NCBI RefSeq assembly: GCF_000009965.1
Contig: NC_006624.1
Location: 1,410,001-1,442,000, forward strand
DNA: 32,000 bases
Source of the DNA: Thermococcus kodakarensis KOD1
Lineage (GTDB): Archaea; Methanobacteriota_B; Thermococci; Thermococcales; Thermococcaceae
Direction of reading: 5' to 3'
The notes under the pieces are model-generated. The model was not told where the DNA came from and made no database searches. It saw only the letters and a program-made list of their open reading frames with translations. This document shows, in pieces, positions 1 to 8,466 of this stretch; within the stretch, counting starts at the first letter, position 1, and each line of letters starts with the position of its first letter. The position numbers and the translations under genes were made by a program.

Positions 1-138
1 GCTCTCGAGTACATCATAATTCCGCGCATGGAGGCAACCGTCAAGTTCATCAAGCAGCGCTTGGATGAGATGGAGCGCGAGAACTTCTTCAGGCTGAAGA
101 GGGTCAAGGCCCTCATTGAGGCCAGAAGTGGCTCTTAA
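1..138 (+). CDS. 3' end of an unidentified protein-coding gene (46 codons, start lies outside the window)
   Basis: The frame is open from base 1 ([45 protein letters not shown]) and stops at TAA 136-138. An oligo-T tract follows directly. No family recognised. Confidence 0.4.
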
Positions 139-139
139 G

Positions 140-156
140 TGTTTTTCTTTTTTGTT
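140..156 (+). terminator. Oligo-T archaeal-type terminator after the truncated upstream gene
   Basis: TGTTTTTCTTTTTTGTT (T5 then T6) begins 2 nt after the TAA stop. Archaeal RNA polymerase terminates at T-runs. Confidence 0.5.
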
Positions 157-161
157 CCGGT

Positions 162-182
162 TTATGTAGGTTCTTATGTAGG
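162..182. promoter_or_regulatory. Perfect 9-bp direct repeat TTATGTAGG (162-170 and 174-182), a candidate regulator binding site
   Basis: The two copies have starts 12 bp apart. They lie immediately upstream of the TTAAATAT box of the MBL-sensor/MCP operon. Confidence 0.3.
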
Positions 183-190
183 CAAACTGC

Positions 191-198
191 TTAAATAT
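191..198 (+). promoter_or_regulatory. Candidate TATA box for the 233-2978 operon
   Basis: TTAAATAT lies about 35-40 nt upstream of ATG 233. GGAGAGTGGTGG (218-229) sits between them as a ribosome-binding site. Confidence 0.4.
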
Positions 199-232
199 TT
201 CCTTTGTTAAACTTTTCTGGAGAGTGGTGGCT

Positions 233-1000
233 ATGGGAGAATACTTCATAGAACCTGGACTCGACCCTCGAAAAGACCACGTTCTCTACAGGGATGAGGA
301 GCATACGGTCGTTTACCTAGGCACCCAGGAAGGTGGTGAGGACGTTGACGTCAACAGCTATCTGATAGTCAGCAGAGGGAGAGGTTTCCTCCTGGATCCA
401 GGAGGGTACAAGATATTCTCAAAAGTTCTCGCAAACGCCTCCAAGTACGTCGATCCAAGGAACATAGAGTACATCTACATCTGCCACCAGGATCCCGACG
501 TTGCCGGAAGCCTCCCCCTGTGGAGGGAGATAAGCAACGCCAAAATAGTTACCCACTGGCTCTGGACGAGGTTTCTGCCGCACTTCGGCTTTGAGGACTC
601 CAAGAGTGTAACCCACGAGCTTCCCGATGAGGGCGAAACCCTGAACTTTGGCGCCACTACGCTTGAGTTCATACCTGCACATTTCCTCCACAGTCCGGGG
701 CACTTCACGGTGTACGACCGCAGGAGCAAGTTTCTGTTTACTGGGGACATAGGAATAGCCCTCCTAGACGATCCCTACATAGTCGTTGAAAACATGGAAA
801 GACACATACAAGCTATGAGGCCCATACACGAGAGGCTCATGGCGAGCAACAGGGCCATAAAGGCCTGGCTCAACAGGGTGAGACACCTCGATGTAGAGGC
901 TATACTGCCACAGCACGGCGCTATAATTCCAAAGAGACACATTCCAAGATTCTACGACTTCCTTGAGAACCTCAAGTGCGGGGTCGATCTGCTCCGCTGA
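233..1000 (+). CDS. Metallo-beta-lactamase-fold di-metal protein, resembling the flavodiiron-core / ODP-like oxygen or iron sensor
   Basis: The ORF runs 224-1000, with GTG at 224 and ATG at 233 behind GGTGG. Spaced metal-ligand motifs are CHQDPDVAGS (H-x-D-x-D), HSPGH, FTGDIG and LPQHGAI. There is no flavodoxin or other extra domain. The stop lies 9 nt before the MCP start. Confidence 0.6.
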   Translation: MGEYFIEPGLDPRKDHVLYRDEEHTVVYLGTQEGGEDVDVNSYLIVSRGRGFLLDPGGYKIFSKVLANASKYVDPRNIEYIYICHQDPDVAGSLPLWREISNAKIVTHWLWTRFLPHFGFEDSKSVTHELPDEGETLNFGATTLEFIPAHFLHSPGHFTVYDRRSKFLFTGDIGIALLDDPYIVVENMERHIQAMRPIHERLMASNRAIKAWLNRVRHLDVEAILPQHGAIIPKRHIPRFYDFLENLKCGVDLLR

Positions 1001-1009
1001 GGTGGTAGC

Positions 1010-1765
1010 ATGGATATCAGGAACATAGAAAAGGCATCGAGCGCACTTGCACAATCGGTTAGAATAAAAACCTCGAGCAAAGAGTCCAGCAGGATAATCA
1101 GTGAGCTGGCGGAGGAAATCAGTGGGCAGTTCATGGATAACAACACGACCATAATAGAGAACATCGCCAAGCTTTCCGAGGTTATGGAGCAGCTTGAAAC
1201 GTTTCAGCGGGACTTTCTTCCTTTCTTTCAGCGTTTTGAGACCTTCGCCAAGGAGTTTAACACCCTCGTGGAAAACCTGGAGTACGTTTCAAGGATAAGC
1301 GACTCAATAGCAACCGTTGCAAAGCAGACAAACCTCGTTGCCTTAAACGCCTCTATTGAAGCGGCAAGGGCGGGCGACGCTGGAAGGGGTTTCGCCGTTG
1401 TGGCTGAGGAGATAAGAAAGATGGCAGTCCAGACGATGGAGCTGGCCAAGGAGATAAAGGACTTCAACTCCAAGGTAATGAACCAGCTTGAAACTCTGAG
1501 GGATGCACTGGCGGTTATGGACAGAATAAAGGAGGGAACAGAAATCCTTGGCAAAGATATAAGCACAATAGTTGAGATAAGCTCCGTCCTCAGTGAGATC
1601 TCCAAGGAGCAGGAGGAAATCGTTAACGATATCAAAAGGCTCAACGGAATAGCGGTCGCCCTCAAAAAGTTCTCGGAAATGCAGGACAGATACAATAAAG
1701 AACTAGCGTCCCTGCTTAGGAATATGGTTAGCGAATACTCGAAGGAGAGTGGTGCAAATGACTGA
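1010..1765 (+). CDS. Soluble methyl-accepting chemotaxis protein consisting only of the signalling coiled-coil hairpin (251 aa)
   Basis: The canonical MCP hairpin-tip sequence [37 protein letters not shown] is centred near residue 122. There are no hydrophobic TM segments and no HAMP or ligand-binding domain. The flanks are heptad-rich. Confidence 0.85.
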   Translation: MDIRNIEKASSALAQSVRIKTSSKESSRIISELAEEISGQFMDNNTTIIENIAKLSEVMEQLETFQRDFLPFFQRFETFAKEFNTLVENLEYVSRISDSIATVAKQTNLVALNASIEAARAGDAGRGFAVVAEEIRKMAVQTMELAKEIKDFNSKVMNQLETLRDALAVMDRIKEGTEILGKDISTIVEISSVLSEISKEQEEIVNDIKRLNGIAVALKKFSEMQDRYNKELASLLRNMVSEYSKESGAND

Positions 1766-2978
1766 AAAGCTGTTTTATAAGGATCCCTACCTTCGTGAAG
1801 CTAGGGCAAAGATTGAAAAAATTGAAGCCGTAGAAGACGGGAAGATAAGGGTTCTTCTCGACAGAACAATATTCTACCCAGAAGGGGGTGGCCAGCCCTC
1901 GGACAGGGGGATTATCGAGGGAGACGGTTTCAGGGTTCTAGTCGAGAAAGTCAGCGGAAAAGAAGAGATATGGCATGAAGGAAAGTTAGAAGGGAGGCTG
2001 CCAGAGGCTAGGGAAGAAGTTAGGCTCGTTCTCGACTGGGAGTGGAGATACGAGAACATGAAGAACCACACTGGCCAGCACGTTCTTTCGGCGATAATCA
2101 AAGGGCTCTACGGGGCAGAGACAACGGGCTTCCAGATTTTTGAGAACTACAACAAGATCGAGATTGACTATCCTGGAGAACTTACGTGGGAGATGATACA
2201 GGAGATAGAGAGAAAGACCAACGAAGTCATCTGGGGCGATCTTCCGGTGGAAGTGGAGGAGTACCAGTACCTCCCGGAGGACGTTGTGAAAATCCTCAGA
2301 AAGCATGTCAGCAAAGTCCACGACAGGATAAGGATCATCAAAATCGGAACCGTTGATGCAACACCATGCGGAGGAACCCACGTGAAGAGCACCCGCGAGA
2401 TTGGCTTCCTCAAGATACTCAGGTTCTACAGGAAGAGCAGGAAGCTCTGGAGGATAGAGTTCGTCGCGGGGAACAGGGCTTTAAGGACGCTTAACGGTAT
2501 CCTGTCGGATTACTGGAACGCACTAGACGAGATGCCAAACAAAAACCCGCCTCTAGTTGAAAGGATTCAGGAGCTTAAAGAGACAATGGACAAGCTGGAG
2601 GCAGAGAAAGATGAACTCAAGGAGGAGCTCTGGGAATGGAAGGGCAAGTACCTCCTAGAGAAGTCCGAGAAGATAGGGGACATCAGAGTGGTAACCCTGA
2701 TTGAAGGCAAGCCTATGAAAGAAGTCCAGGGCTTTGCGGTGAAATTCGTTGAGAAGAACCCCAGAACGGTACTGCTCGTGGTAGGAGAGAACTATGTACT
2801 ATTTGCCAGAAACGAGGATGTAAACGTTTCAATGAGGGAGCTCTTTGAGCGAGTGGCTTCGCAGCTGGGAGGAAAGGGCGGAGGAACCGACAACCTGGCC
2901 AGAGGGAAAGTTGATGCAGAGCCGAGAGTAATACTGCAGACCGCCAGGGACGTACTAAAAGAACTGCTGGAGGGTTAA
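1758..2978 (+). CDS. alaX: Alanyl-tRNA editing protein, long AlaX form with a C-terminal DHHA1-like domain
   Basis: The Zn-binding editing-domain motifs HTGQHVLS and TPCGGTHV are present, with the C-terminal GGKGGG motif typical of the AlaRS/AlaX C-domain. ATG 1758 overlaps the MCP stop (AATGACTGA). The longer ORF starts at GTG 1749. Confidence 0.8.
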   Translation: MTEKLFYKDPYLREARAKIEKIEAVEDGKIRVLLDRTIFYPEGGGQPSDRGIIEGDGFRVLVEKVSGKEEIWHEGKLEGRLPEAREEVRLVLDWEWRYENMKNHTGQHVLSAIIKGLYGAETTGFQIFENYNKIEIDYPGELTWEMIQEIERKTNEVIWGDLPVEVEEYQYLPEDVVKILRKHVSKVHDRIRIIKIGTVDATPCGGTHVKSTREIGFLKILRFYRKSRKLWRIEFVAGNRALRTLNGILSDYWNALDEMPNKNPPLVERIQELKETMDKLEAEKDELKEELWEWKGKYLLEKSEKIGDIRVVTLIEGKPMKEVQGFAVKFVEKNPRTVLLVVGENYVLFARNEDVNVSMRELFERVASQLGGKGGGTDNLARGKVDAEPRVILQTARDVLKELLEG

Positions 2979-3045
2979 GCGGGAGAAAGGATATAAACAC
3001 CGAACACGAAAGTATGGACACCAATCACACGTTACTAACTCAAAA

Positions 3046-3771
3046 GTGGTGATCACATTGGATCAGGCAATCCCCAATGTTGAATTCGTGGACTTCTCAC
3101 ATCTAGTCGAGACAATACAGCCAGGTGAGACGGTACTGATAGAGCACAGGACATCATACGTCCCAGAATTCACGTTAAAACTGGTCGCAGATTACACCAA
3201 GGAGAATGGAGTACCTCTCGTAATAGACGACAATTTTGACACGCTGTACACTCTAATCCTCCACCTCAGGCTCATGGGCGTGGAAGTCGACCTTGACCAT
3301 GCATACGTCATAAAAACTGGGGGAACTCACAATATCGGAGGAAAAGTCAAGCGGATAGAGTTCCATCCCGACCCGAGGGTGTTCCTTAGAAACTACACCA
3401 ACGCAAGTTCTGAGATTTTGGTTGAGGGAAAAACACCTGCGATAAATCTGGTTCTTGGGTTAGAAAACATCCTTATGATCATGCGCGATTCCAGGGACTT
3501 CTACCGACTTCTGCTAAGCCTCCAGAGATACGTTGGGAACAAAAATAGAATTGCACTCTACCTGATAAACAGGAACATAGTCGAGAGCATGATGCCCGGC
3601 TTCTTCCTCCCAGAGCTTGAGAGGATAGCGACTACCGTCATCGAAACGAACTCCTACCCCACTGGTGCGATTCTGACGTTTAAAAAGAGTATTAATCCTG
3701 CCGTGATAGGCACCACTGTTGGAATAGACGTGGGAGGGATCGTTAGTGGAGAACGAAACCAGAACCCATGA
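3046..3771 (+). CDS. Uncharacterised protein, Walker-less RecA/KaiC-like fold (probably the Thermococcales DUF257-type family), paralogue A
   Basis: A 241-aa ORF with GTG start; GTG 3049 or TTG 3058 are alternatives. It is paralogous to the next ORF. PGETVLIEHRTSYVPE occupies the position of a P-loop but lacks GxxGxGK[ST]. Confidence 0.55.
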   Translation: MVITLDQAIPNVEFVDFSHLVETIQPGETVLIEHRTSYVPEFTLKLVADYTKENGVPLVIDDNFDTLYTLILHLRLMGVEVDLDHAYVIKTGGTHNIGGKVKRIEFHPDPRVFLRNYTNASSEILVEGKTPAINLVLGLENILMIMRDSRDFYRLLLSLQRYVGNKNRIALYLINRNIVESMMPGFFLPELERIATTVIETNSYPTGAILTFKKSINPAVIGTTVGIDVGGIVSGERNQNP

Positions 3772-4453
3772 TTATTCAAGAATCCCATTTTTCCAAGGCA
3801 AGAACCTTAAACCAGGTAGTCTTGTTCTTATTGAAAACATCTCCTCCCCAGGTGCGAAACTGAGCTTCTATGCACTTCTAAAGGTATCCAAGGAAAAAGG
3901 GATTCCCCTGATCGTGGAAGACATATTCGACACCCTCCCGATTTACGTAAAACACATTGAGCTGATGGGTTTCCATGTCCCATCGGAAAGCATTAACGTC
4001 ATTAAAGTGGCCGGGATAGATAGCGTTGGGAACGTCGTGGAAAAGCTATCTTTTGAGGCCGATCCAAACTTCTACATCCCGAAGAAGGAGAGAGCAGTTT
4101 CAAAGATTGTCGGAGATAATACTCCCCACATCCTCCTCATTCTCGGCCTGGAACGGTTGTTAATGTTCCAGCGCAATCTGCGTGACCTGTATCCAATAGT
4201 GAGGTACTTCAGGGAAAACCTAAACTCCCCGAACAGGGCCACGATAAGCATCATAGAAACGCCCGTCCTGAATAGCATTAAGCCAAACCCACTGCCAATG
4301 CTCGAATCAGTCGCCTCTTCAGTTATAGAGCTCTACATGGAAAATGAGGCACTGATAGTACGTCCCAAAAAGGCCCTCTCACTATTTACCGTCAATGCTG
4401 AGAGGTTCAAAGTCAGCCTGGGCGACATCGTTGAGGTGCTGAGGGAATGGTAA
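3746..4453 (+). CDS. Uncharacterised protein, Walker-less RecA/KaiC-like fold, paralogue B
   Basis: A 235-aa ORF with GTG start, overlapping paralogue A by 26 nt. Blocks shared with A are PGSLVLIEN, PLIVEDIFDTL, LILGLERLLMFQRNLRDLY and ESVASSVIE. Confidence 0.55.
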   Translation: MENETRTHDYSRIPFFQGKNLKPGSLVLIENISSPGAKLSFYALLKVSKEKGIPLIVEDIFDTLPIYVKHIELMGFHVPSESINVIKVAGIDSVGNVVEKLSFEADPNFYIPKKERAVSKIVGDNTPHILLILGLERLLMFQRNLRDLYPIVRYFRENLNSPNRATISIIETPVLNSIKPNPLPMLESVASSVIELYMENEALIVRPKKALSLFTVNAERFKVSLGDIVEVLREW

Positions 4454-4752
4454 GGATACTCGGGAGGAAACGACATAAAGGGGAAATAATAGCGTCAAGG
4501 TACCCCGTTGGAAAGTTCAGGGTCGAGAAAGTCCTAAAAGTCGCGTTCAGAGAGGTTTTGGTGGGGGAAGTCCTCGAAGGGATTATATATCCCGGCTACA
4601 AGCTCAAGGGGTCGAGCGTTGGGGTCATCAGGGCTATTGAACGAGAGCACAGAAAAGTTGACTTTGCCGTTGCTGGAGACAAAGTTGCCATTATGATGGA
4701 AAGCCCAACAAAAGCCGAGGAAGGCCAGATTCTTGAGGTTTACCAGTCGTGA
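4447..4752 (+). CDS. Small uncharacterised protein, possibly a beta-barrel like translation-factor domain II
   Basis: A 101-aa ORF whose ATG 4447 overlaps the stop of the previous gene (GAATGGTAA). The pattern LVGEVLEGIIYPGYKLKG...AVAGDKVAIMM resembles EF-Tu domain 2 barrels. This is an inference only. Confidence 0.45.
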   Translation: MVRILGRKRHKGEIIASRYPVGKFRVEKVLKVAFREVLVGEVLEGIIYPGYKLKGSSVGVIRAIEREHRKVDFAVAGDKVAIMMESPTKAEEGQILEVYQS

Positions 4753-4762
4753 GGTGGTTAAG

Positions 4763-5608
4763 ATGATAATCTGGGACGACCACTTCCACGTTGACCCGTA
4801 CCACGGTCTCTTTCTGGAAGCGGTGAAGCAGTTCCACAGGGCAGGGGGAACACATCTCGTCGTTGTTTACAAAACAGCCCACGACTACGGATTTCCAGGA
4901 CTTAGGGCTGAGGACTTCATGAAGGCGATGGACTTCCACGTTGAACTCGTCGAAAAGATAAACCGGGAGACGCCGGTTAAGGCCTACGCCGTCGTTGGAG
5001 TCCACCCGGCTGAGTTCGACTACCTGGCGAGGCAGAAGGGGCTTGAGTACGCCAAAAACGAAGTTATGAAAGCCCTGGAGTACGCCCAGAAGCTCTGCCT
5101 CGAGGGAAAAGCGATAGGCATAGGAGAGATAGGAAGACCCCACTACGAGGTTCCAGCGGAGATCTGGGAAGCGAGCATAGAACTGATGAAGTACGGGATG
5201 AGCCTAGCGAAGGAAGCTGACTGCGCCGTCCAGCTCCATACGGAGAGCTTCAACGAGGAGAAGTTCAGGGAGCTTGGGGAGTACGTGAAGGAAGTCGGGA
5301 TAAAGCCCCACAAGGTCGTCAAGCACTTCTCCCCACCTCTTGTGAAAGTGGCAGAAGAAGTTGGGGTCTTCCCGAGCGTCATAGCGAGCAGAAAGAACAT
5401 CGAAGAGGCAATAAAGCAGGGAAACCGCTTCATGATGGAGACCGACTACATAGACGACAAAAGAAGACCCGGAGCCGTTCTCGGGCCAAAGACCGTCCCC
5501 AAGAGGACGAAGGCCTTCCTCCAGCAGGGCATATTCACTGAGGAAGACGTCTACAAGATTCACGTCGAGAACCCGAAAAAGGTGTATGGAGTGGAAATAG
5601 AGGGGTGA
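4763..5608 (+). CDS. TatD-family metal-dependent hydrolase (amidohydrolase-fold, DNase-related)
   Basis: The N-terminus DDHFHVD carries the HxH metal motif. IGEIGRPHY, VQLHTES, VKHFS and METDY follow with TatD-like spacing. ATG 4763 lies 10 nt after the upstream stop, behind GAGGTGG. Confidence 0.7.
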   Translation: MIIWDDHFHVDPYHGLFLEAVKQFHRAGGTHLVVVYKTAHDYGFPGLRAEDFMKAMDFHVELVEKINRETPVKAYAVVGVHPAEFDYLARQKGLEYAKNEVMKALEYAQKLCLEGKAIGIGEIGRPHYEVPAEIWEASIELMKYGMSLAKEADCAVQLHTESFNEEKFRELGEYVKEVGIKPHKVVKHFSPPLVKVAEEVGVFPSVIASRKNIEEAIKQGNRFMMETDYIDDKRRPGAVLGPKTVPKRTKAFLQQGIFTEEDVYKIHVENPKKVYGVEIEG

Positions 5609-5610
5609 AC

Positions 5611-8466
5611 TCAGGAGAAAAGCTCCAGCGGAGAGTAACCCTCCACAACCTTCTTCACTTCCAGCTCCATCCCGAAGGCGTTTGTAATGGTTCCTTCCTT
5701 GGCCGCCCAGAGGCCCGCGGGAAGAACCAACACGTCCCCATCGAGCTCCCTCTCGGCCCTTCCAATCACTACGTAGGCCTTGCTCTCCGGGATTCCGACT
5801 ATTCCAGCCCTTATGAGTCCGGCGGCGTTAACTCCCTCGTGGAGGATGAGCGTCGGGGCTTCGAGAGGCTCCGCTGGCCCCTCGAGTATAGCAACCTCGT
5901 AGTCTTCCTCGACCACATCCTTGTCCTTCAGCAGGAGCTTTAGGAGCGGGTACTTCTCGGGGTCGGCCTTCAGGAGAACGCGCTTTGCCTTTCTAATGTC
6001 TTCGAAAGTCGCGGTTGAAAGCCCTCCCTCGACCGTTGAGCCTATGGGAATGCCGCGCTTCTCGGCGAACTCCTTAAAGAAGGCTATCTCCTCGTTGGTG
6101 AGCTCCGGAGTGAGTATGAGCGCGTAGTCCCTCTCGGCTATGAACCTCCTAGCCTCCTCCCAGCTCACGGGCTCTCCGTTTAGGAGTGGTCCAGCTAAGT
6201 CCTCGGCCCAGGGTCTCATGAAGCGGCAGACGTCGCAGAGGTGTCCGTTCCAGCCCTCCTCAACCCTCGAAGCCCTAACGAGCATGCCGTCGTAGACCTC
6301 TATGTTCATCTCGCACGCAAAGGAACACCCGTTGCAGACCGTTTTAACGGGGGTTGTCTTCCAAGGCCCGGGCTTGAGGAAGGGAAGCTTCTCGGTTATC
6401 GCTCCAACAGGACAGAGGTCTGTCATCTCGCCTATGAAGAGCCCTTCAGCGTCCCCGAGAGTGTCGCCCAAGGGCGGAGAGATCATCGTCTTGAAGCCCC
6501 TGAACATGTAGTCAACGACGCCCTCTCCCGCAACCTCGTGGGTGAAGCGGACGCACTGGCCGCAGAGGACGCACTTGTTGTTGTCGAGGGTGACGAACGG
6601 GTGGCTCTCGTCGAGCTCGAACCTGTTCCCCTCCCCCTCGAAGGCGTCCTGCCTCGCGTTGTAGAGCGTGGCATATTCTCTCAGCTTACAGCGGAAGACC
6701 TCCATACAGCCGCAGCTCATACAGCGCTTTGCCTCCTCAAGAACCTGCTCCTCCGTTAGGGGAGGCTCAACCTCCTCGAAGTTCTGCTTCCTGACCTCTG
6801 GATCAAGGAGCTCCACCTTCGCCCTCGGCCTTCTCTCCACGTGCTCGTAGTCCTTCTCCGTGGCCTTCTTCCAGTGGTTGTATGGCCTGAGGTCGAAGAG
6901 AACCCTGTAAAGGTCTTCATCGTTCAGAACTTCTTCGATGTGCTTCTCGGGTTCAAGCAGAACTTCCCTCGCCTTCTCAAGCTTGCCCTTGAGGTAGAGG
7001 TCTATCATTATCGCCGCCCTTCTTCCGGTGGCGATGCTCTCTATGACGGTCGAGGGACCGAGGACGAGGTCTCCACCTGCGAAAACTCCCGGAAGGTTTG
7101 TCTGAAGGGTTACATCGTCCACAATGGCCTTCCCGCGCTTGGCCTCGATGCCGAGACTCCTTAGGAACTCCTCATCGCAGTACTGGCCTATCGCCAGGAT
7201 GACGTTGTCGGCCTTAACGCGGAACTCGGAACCCTCTATTGGTATCGGCCTCCTCCTGCCGCTCGCGTCAGGCTCGCCGAGGCGCATCTTTATCAGCTCG
7301 ACCTCCTCAACTTTGCCGTCTCCGAGTATCCTAACCGGGTTCGTGAGGAACAGGAACTCGATGCCCTCCTCAATGGCCTCCTCGACCTCGCGCTCGTTGG
7401 CCGGCATCTCCGCCTTGGAGCGGCGATAAACGACTGTAACCTTAGCCCCGAGCCTCAGAGCCGTCCTTGCCACGTCCATGGCAGTGTTCCCACCGCCGAC
7501 GACGATGACGCGCTCGCCGAGCTTCACTTCTTCGCCAGTGTTGACCATCCGCAGGAACTCTATGCCGTGCATCACTCCCTCAAGCTCCTCTCCCGGGATG
7601 CCCATCCTCCTGCTCTTCCAAGCACCAACGCCGAGAAAGACGGCATCGTACTTCTCCATTAACTCATCAAGGGTTACGTCCCTCCCGAGGGCAGTATTTG
7701 TCTTCACTTCAATGCCCGTCTCGATGACGGTCGCGATGTCCTTGTCAAGGACATCCCTTGGGAGCCTGTAGGGTGGGATTCCATAGCGCATCATTCCGCC
7801 TAGCTCGGGCATGGCCTCAAAGATGGTGACCTCGTGGCCCATCGTGCGCAGGTAGTAGGCGCAGGCGAGGCCAGCTGGGCCGCCTCCAACGACGGCGATG
7901 CGCTTCCCCGTCGAAGGCGGAATCTCGGGTATCCACGGGCCGTGCTCAAGGTCGTAATCAGCGGCAAAGCGCTTGAGCTGCCTTATCGCCAAGGGCTCGT
8001 CAACGAGATTCCTCCTGCAGGCCTCCTCACAGAAGGCAGGGCAGACCCTTCCGAGGACGGCAGGAAGAATGTACTTCTCCTTCATCAGCTTCACGGCCTC
8101 GTGGTACTTGCCCATCGCTATGAGAGCTAAATACCCCTGAACGTCGCTGTGGGCCGGACAGCCGTCCTGGCACGGCCCTATACAGTCGCCGTAGTGGTCT
8201 GAGAGAATCAACTCCAGGGCGGTCTTCCTCATCGAGACAACTTCGTCCGTGAGCGTTTCAACGCTGAGACCTTCCATAGGCTTTAGGGTGCAGGAGGTTG
8301 TAACGCCCCTCGGAGTGCTAACGAGGCAGAGGCGGCAGGAGCCGTAGGGGTCGAGCTCTTCCGTATAGCAGAAGCCAGGGACGTGGGTAATCTCCCTTAG
8401 AAACTCTATGAGGGGCTTTCCATCAGGAACCTCGGTTTCCTTACCGTTGAGAATAATCTTGACCAT
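5611..8466 (-). CDS. Large subunit of a three-subunit flavin/FeS oxidoreductase: N-terminal 2Fe-2S domain, GltD-like FAD/NAD(P)H module and NuoG/HydA-like FeS clusters with a cofactor-less C-terminal tail
   Basis: Domains read in order. FCYTEELDPYGSCRLCLV is the 2Fe-2S ferredoxin. CIGPCQDGCPAH...CPAFCEEAC is the GltD N-terminal FeS domain. VVGGGPAGLACA and VVGGGNTAMDVA are two dinucleotide folds. CMSCGC, CVLCGQCVRF, CPVGA and CNGCSFAC are the NuoG-like clusters. ATG 8466 shares one base with the upstream TGA; GTG 8469 is an alternative start. Confidence 0.8.
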   Translation of the reverse strand: MVKIILNGKETEVPDGKPLIEFLREITHVPGFCYTEELDPYGSCRLCLVSTPRGVTTSCTLKPMEGLSVETLTDEVVSMRKTALELILSDHYGDCIGPCQDGCPAHSDVQGYLALIAMGKYHEAVKLMKEKYILPAVLGRVCPAFCEEACRRNLVDEPLAIRQLKRFAADYDLEHGPWIPEIPPSTGKRIAVVGGGPAGLACAYYLRTMGHEVTIFEAMPELGGMMRYGIPPYRLPRDVLDKDIATVIETGIEVKTNTALGRDVTLDELMEKYDAVFLGVGAWKSRRMGIPGEELEGVMHGIEFLRMVNTGEEVKLGERVIVVGGGNTAMDVARTALRLGAKVTVVYRRSKAEMPANEREVEEAIEEGIEFLFLTNPVRILGDGKVEEVELIKMRLGEPDASGRRRPIPIEGSEFRVKADNVILAIGQYCDEEFLRSLGIEAKRGKAIVDDVTLQTNLPGVFAGGDLVLGPSTVIESIATGRRAAIMIDLYLKGKLEKAREVLLEPEKHIEEVLNDEDLYRVLFDLRPYNHWKKATEKDYEHVERRPRAKVELLDPEVRKQNFEEVEPPLTEEQVLEEAKRCMSCGCMEVFRCKLREYATLYNARQDAFEGEGNRFELDESHPFVTLDNNKCVLCGQCVRFTHEVAGEGVVDYMFRGFKTMISPPLGDTLGDAEGLFIGEMTDLCPVGAITEKLPFLKPGPWKTTPVKTVCNGCSFACEMNIEVYDGMLVRASRVEEGWNGHLCDVCRFMRPWAEDLAGPLLNGEPVSWEEARRFIAERDYALILTPELTNEEIAFFKEFAEKRGIPIGSTVEGGLSTATFEDIRKAKRVLLKADPEKYPLLKLLLKDKDVVEEDYEVAILEGPAEPLEAPTLILHEGVNAAGLIRAGIVGIPESKAYVVIGRAERELDGDVLVLPAGLWAAKEGTITNAFGMELEVKKVVEGYSPLELFS

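Noticed and set aside
5605-5943. A 112-aa plus-strand ORF immediately after TatD, which might extend the cassette.
   Set aside because: It lies wholly inside the C-terminal coding region of the 951-aa oxidoreductase gene on the opposite strand. It has no RBS, and its start overlaps the TatD stop only by chance.
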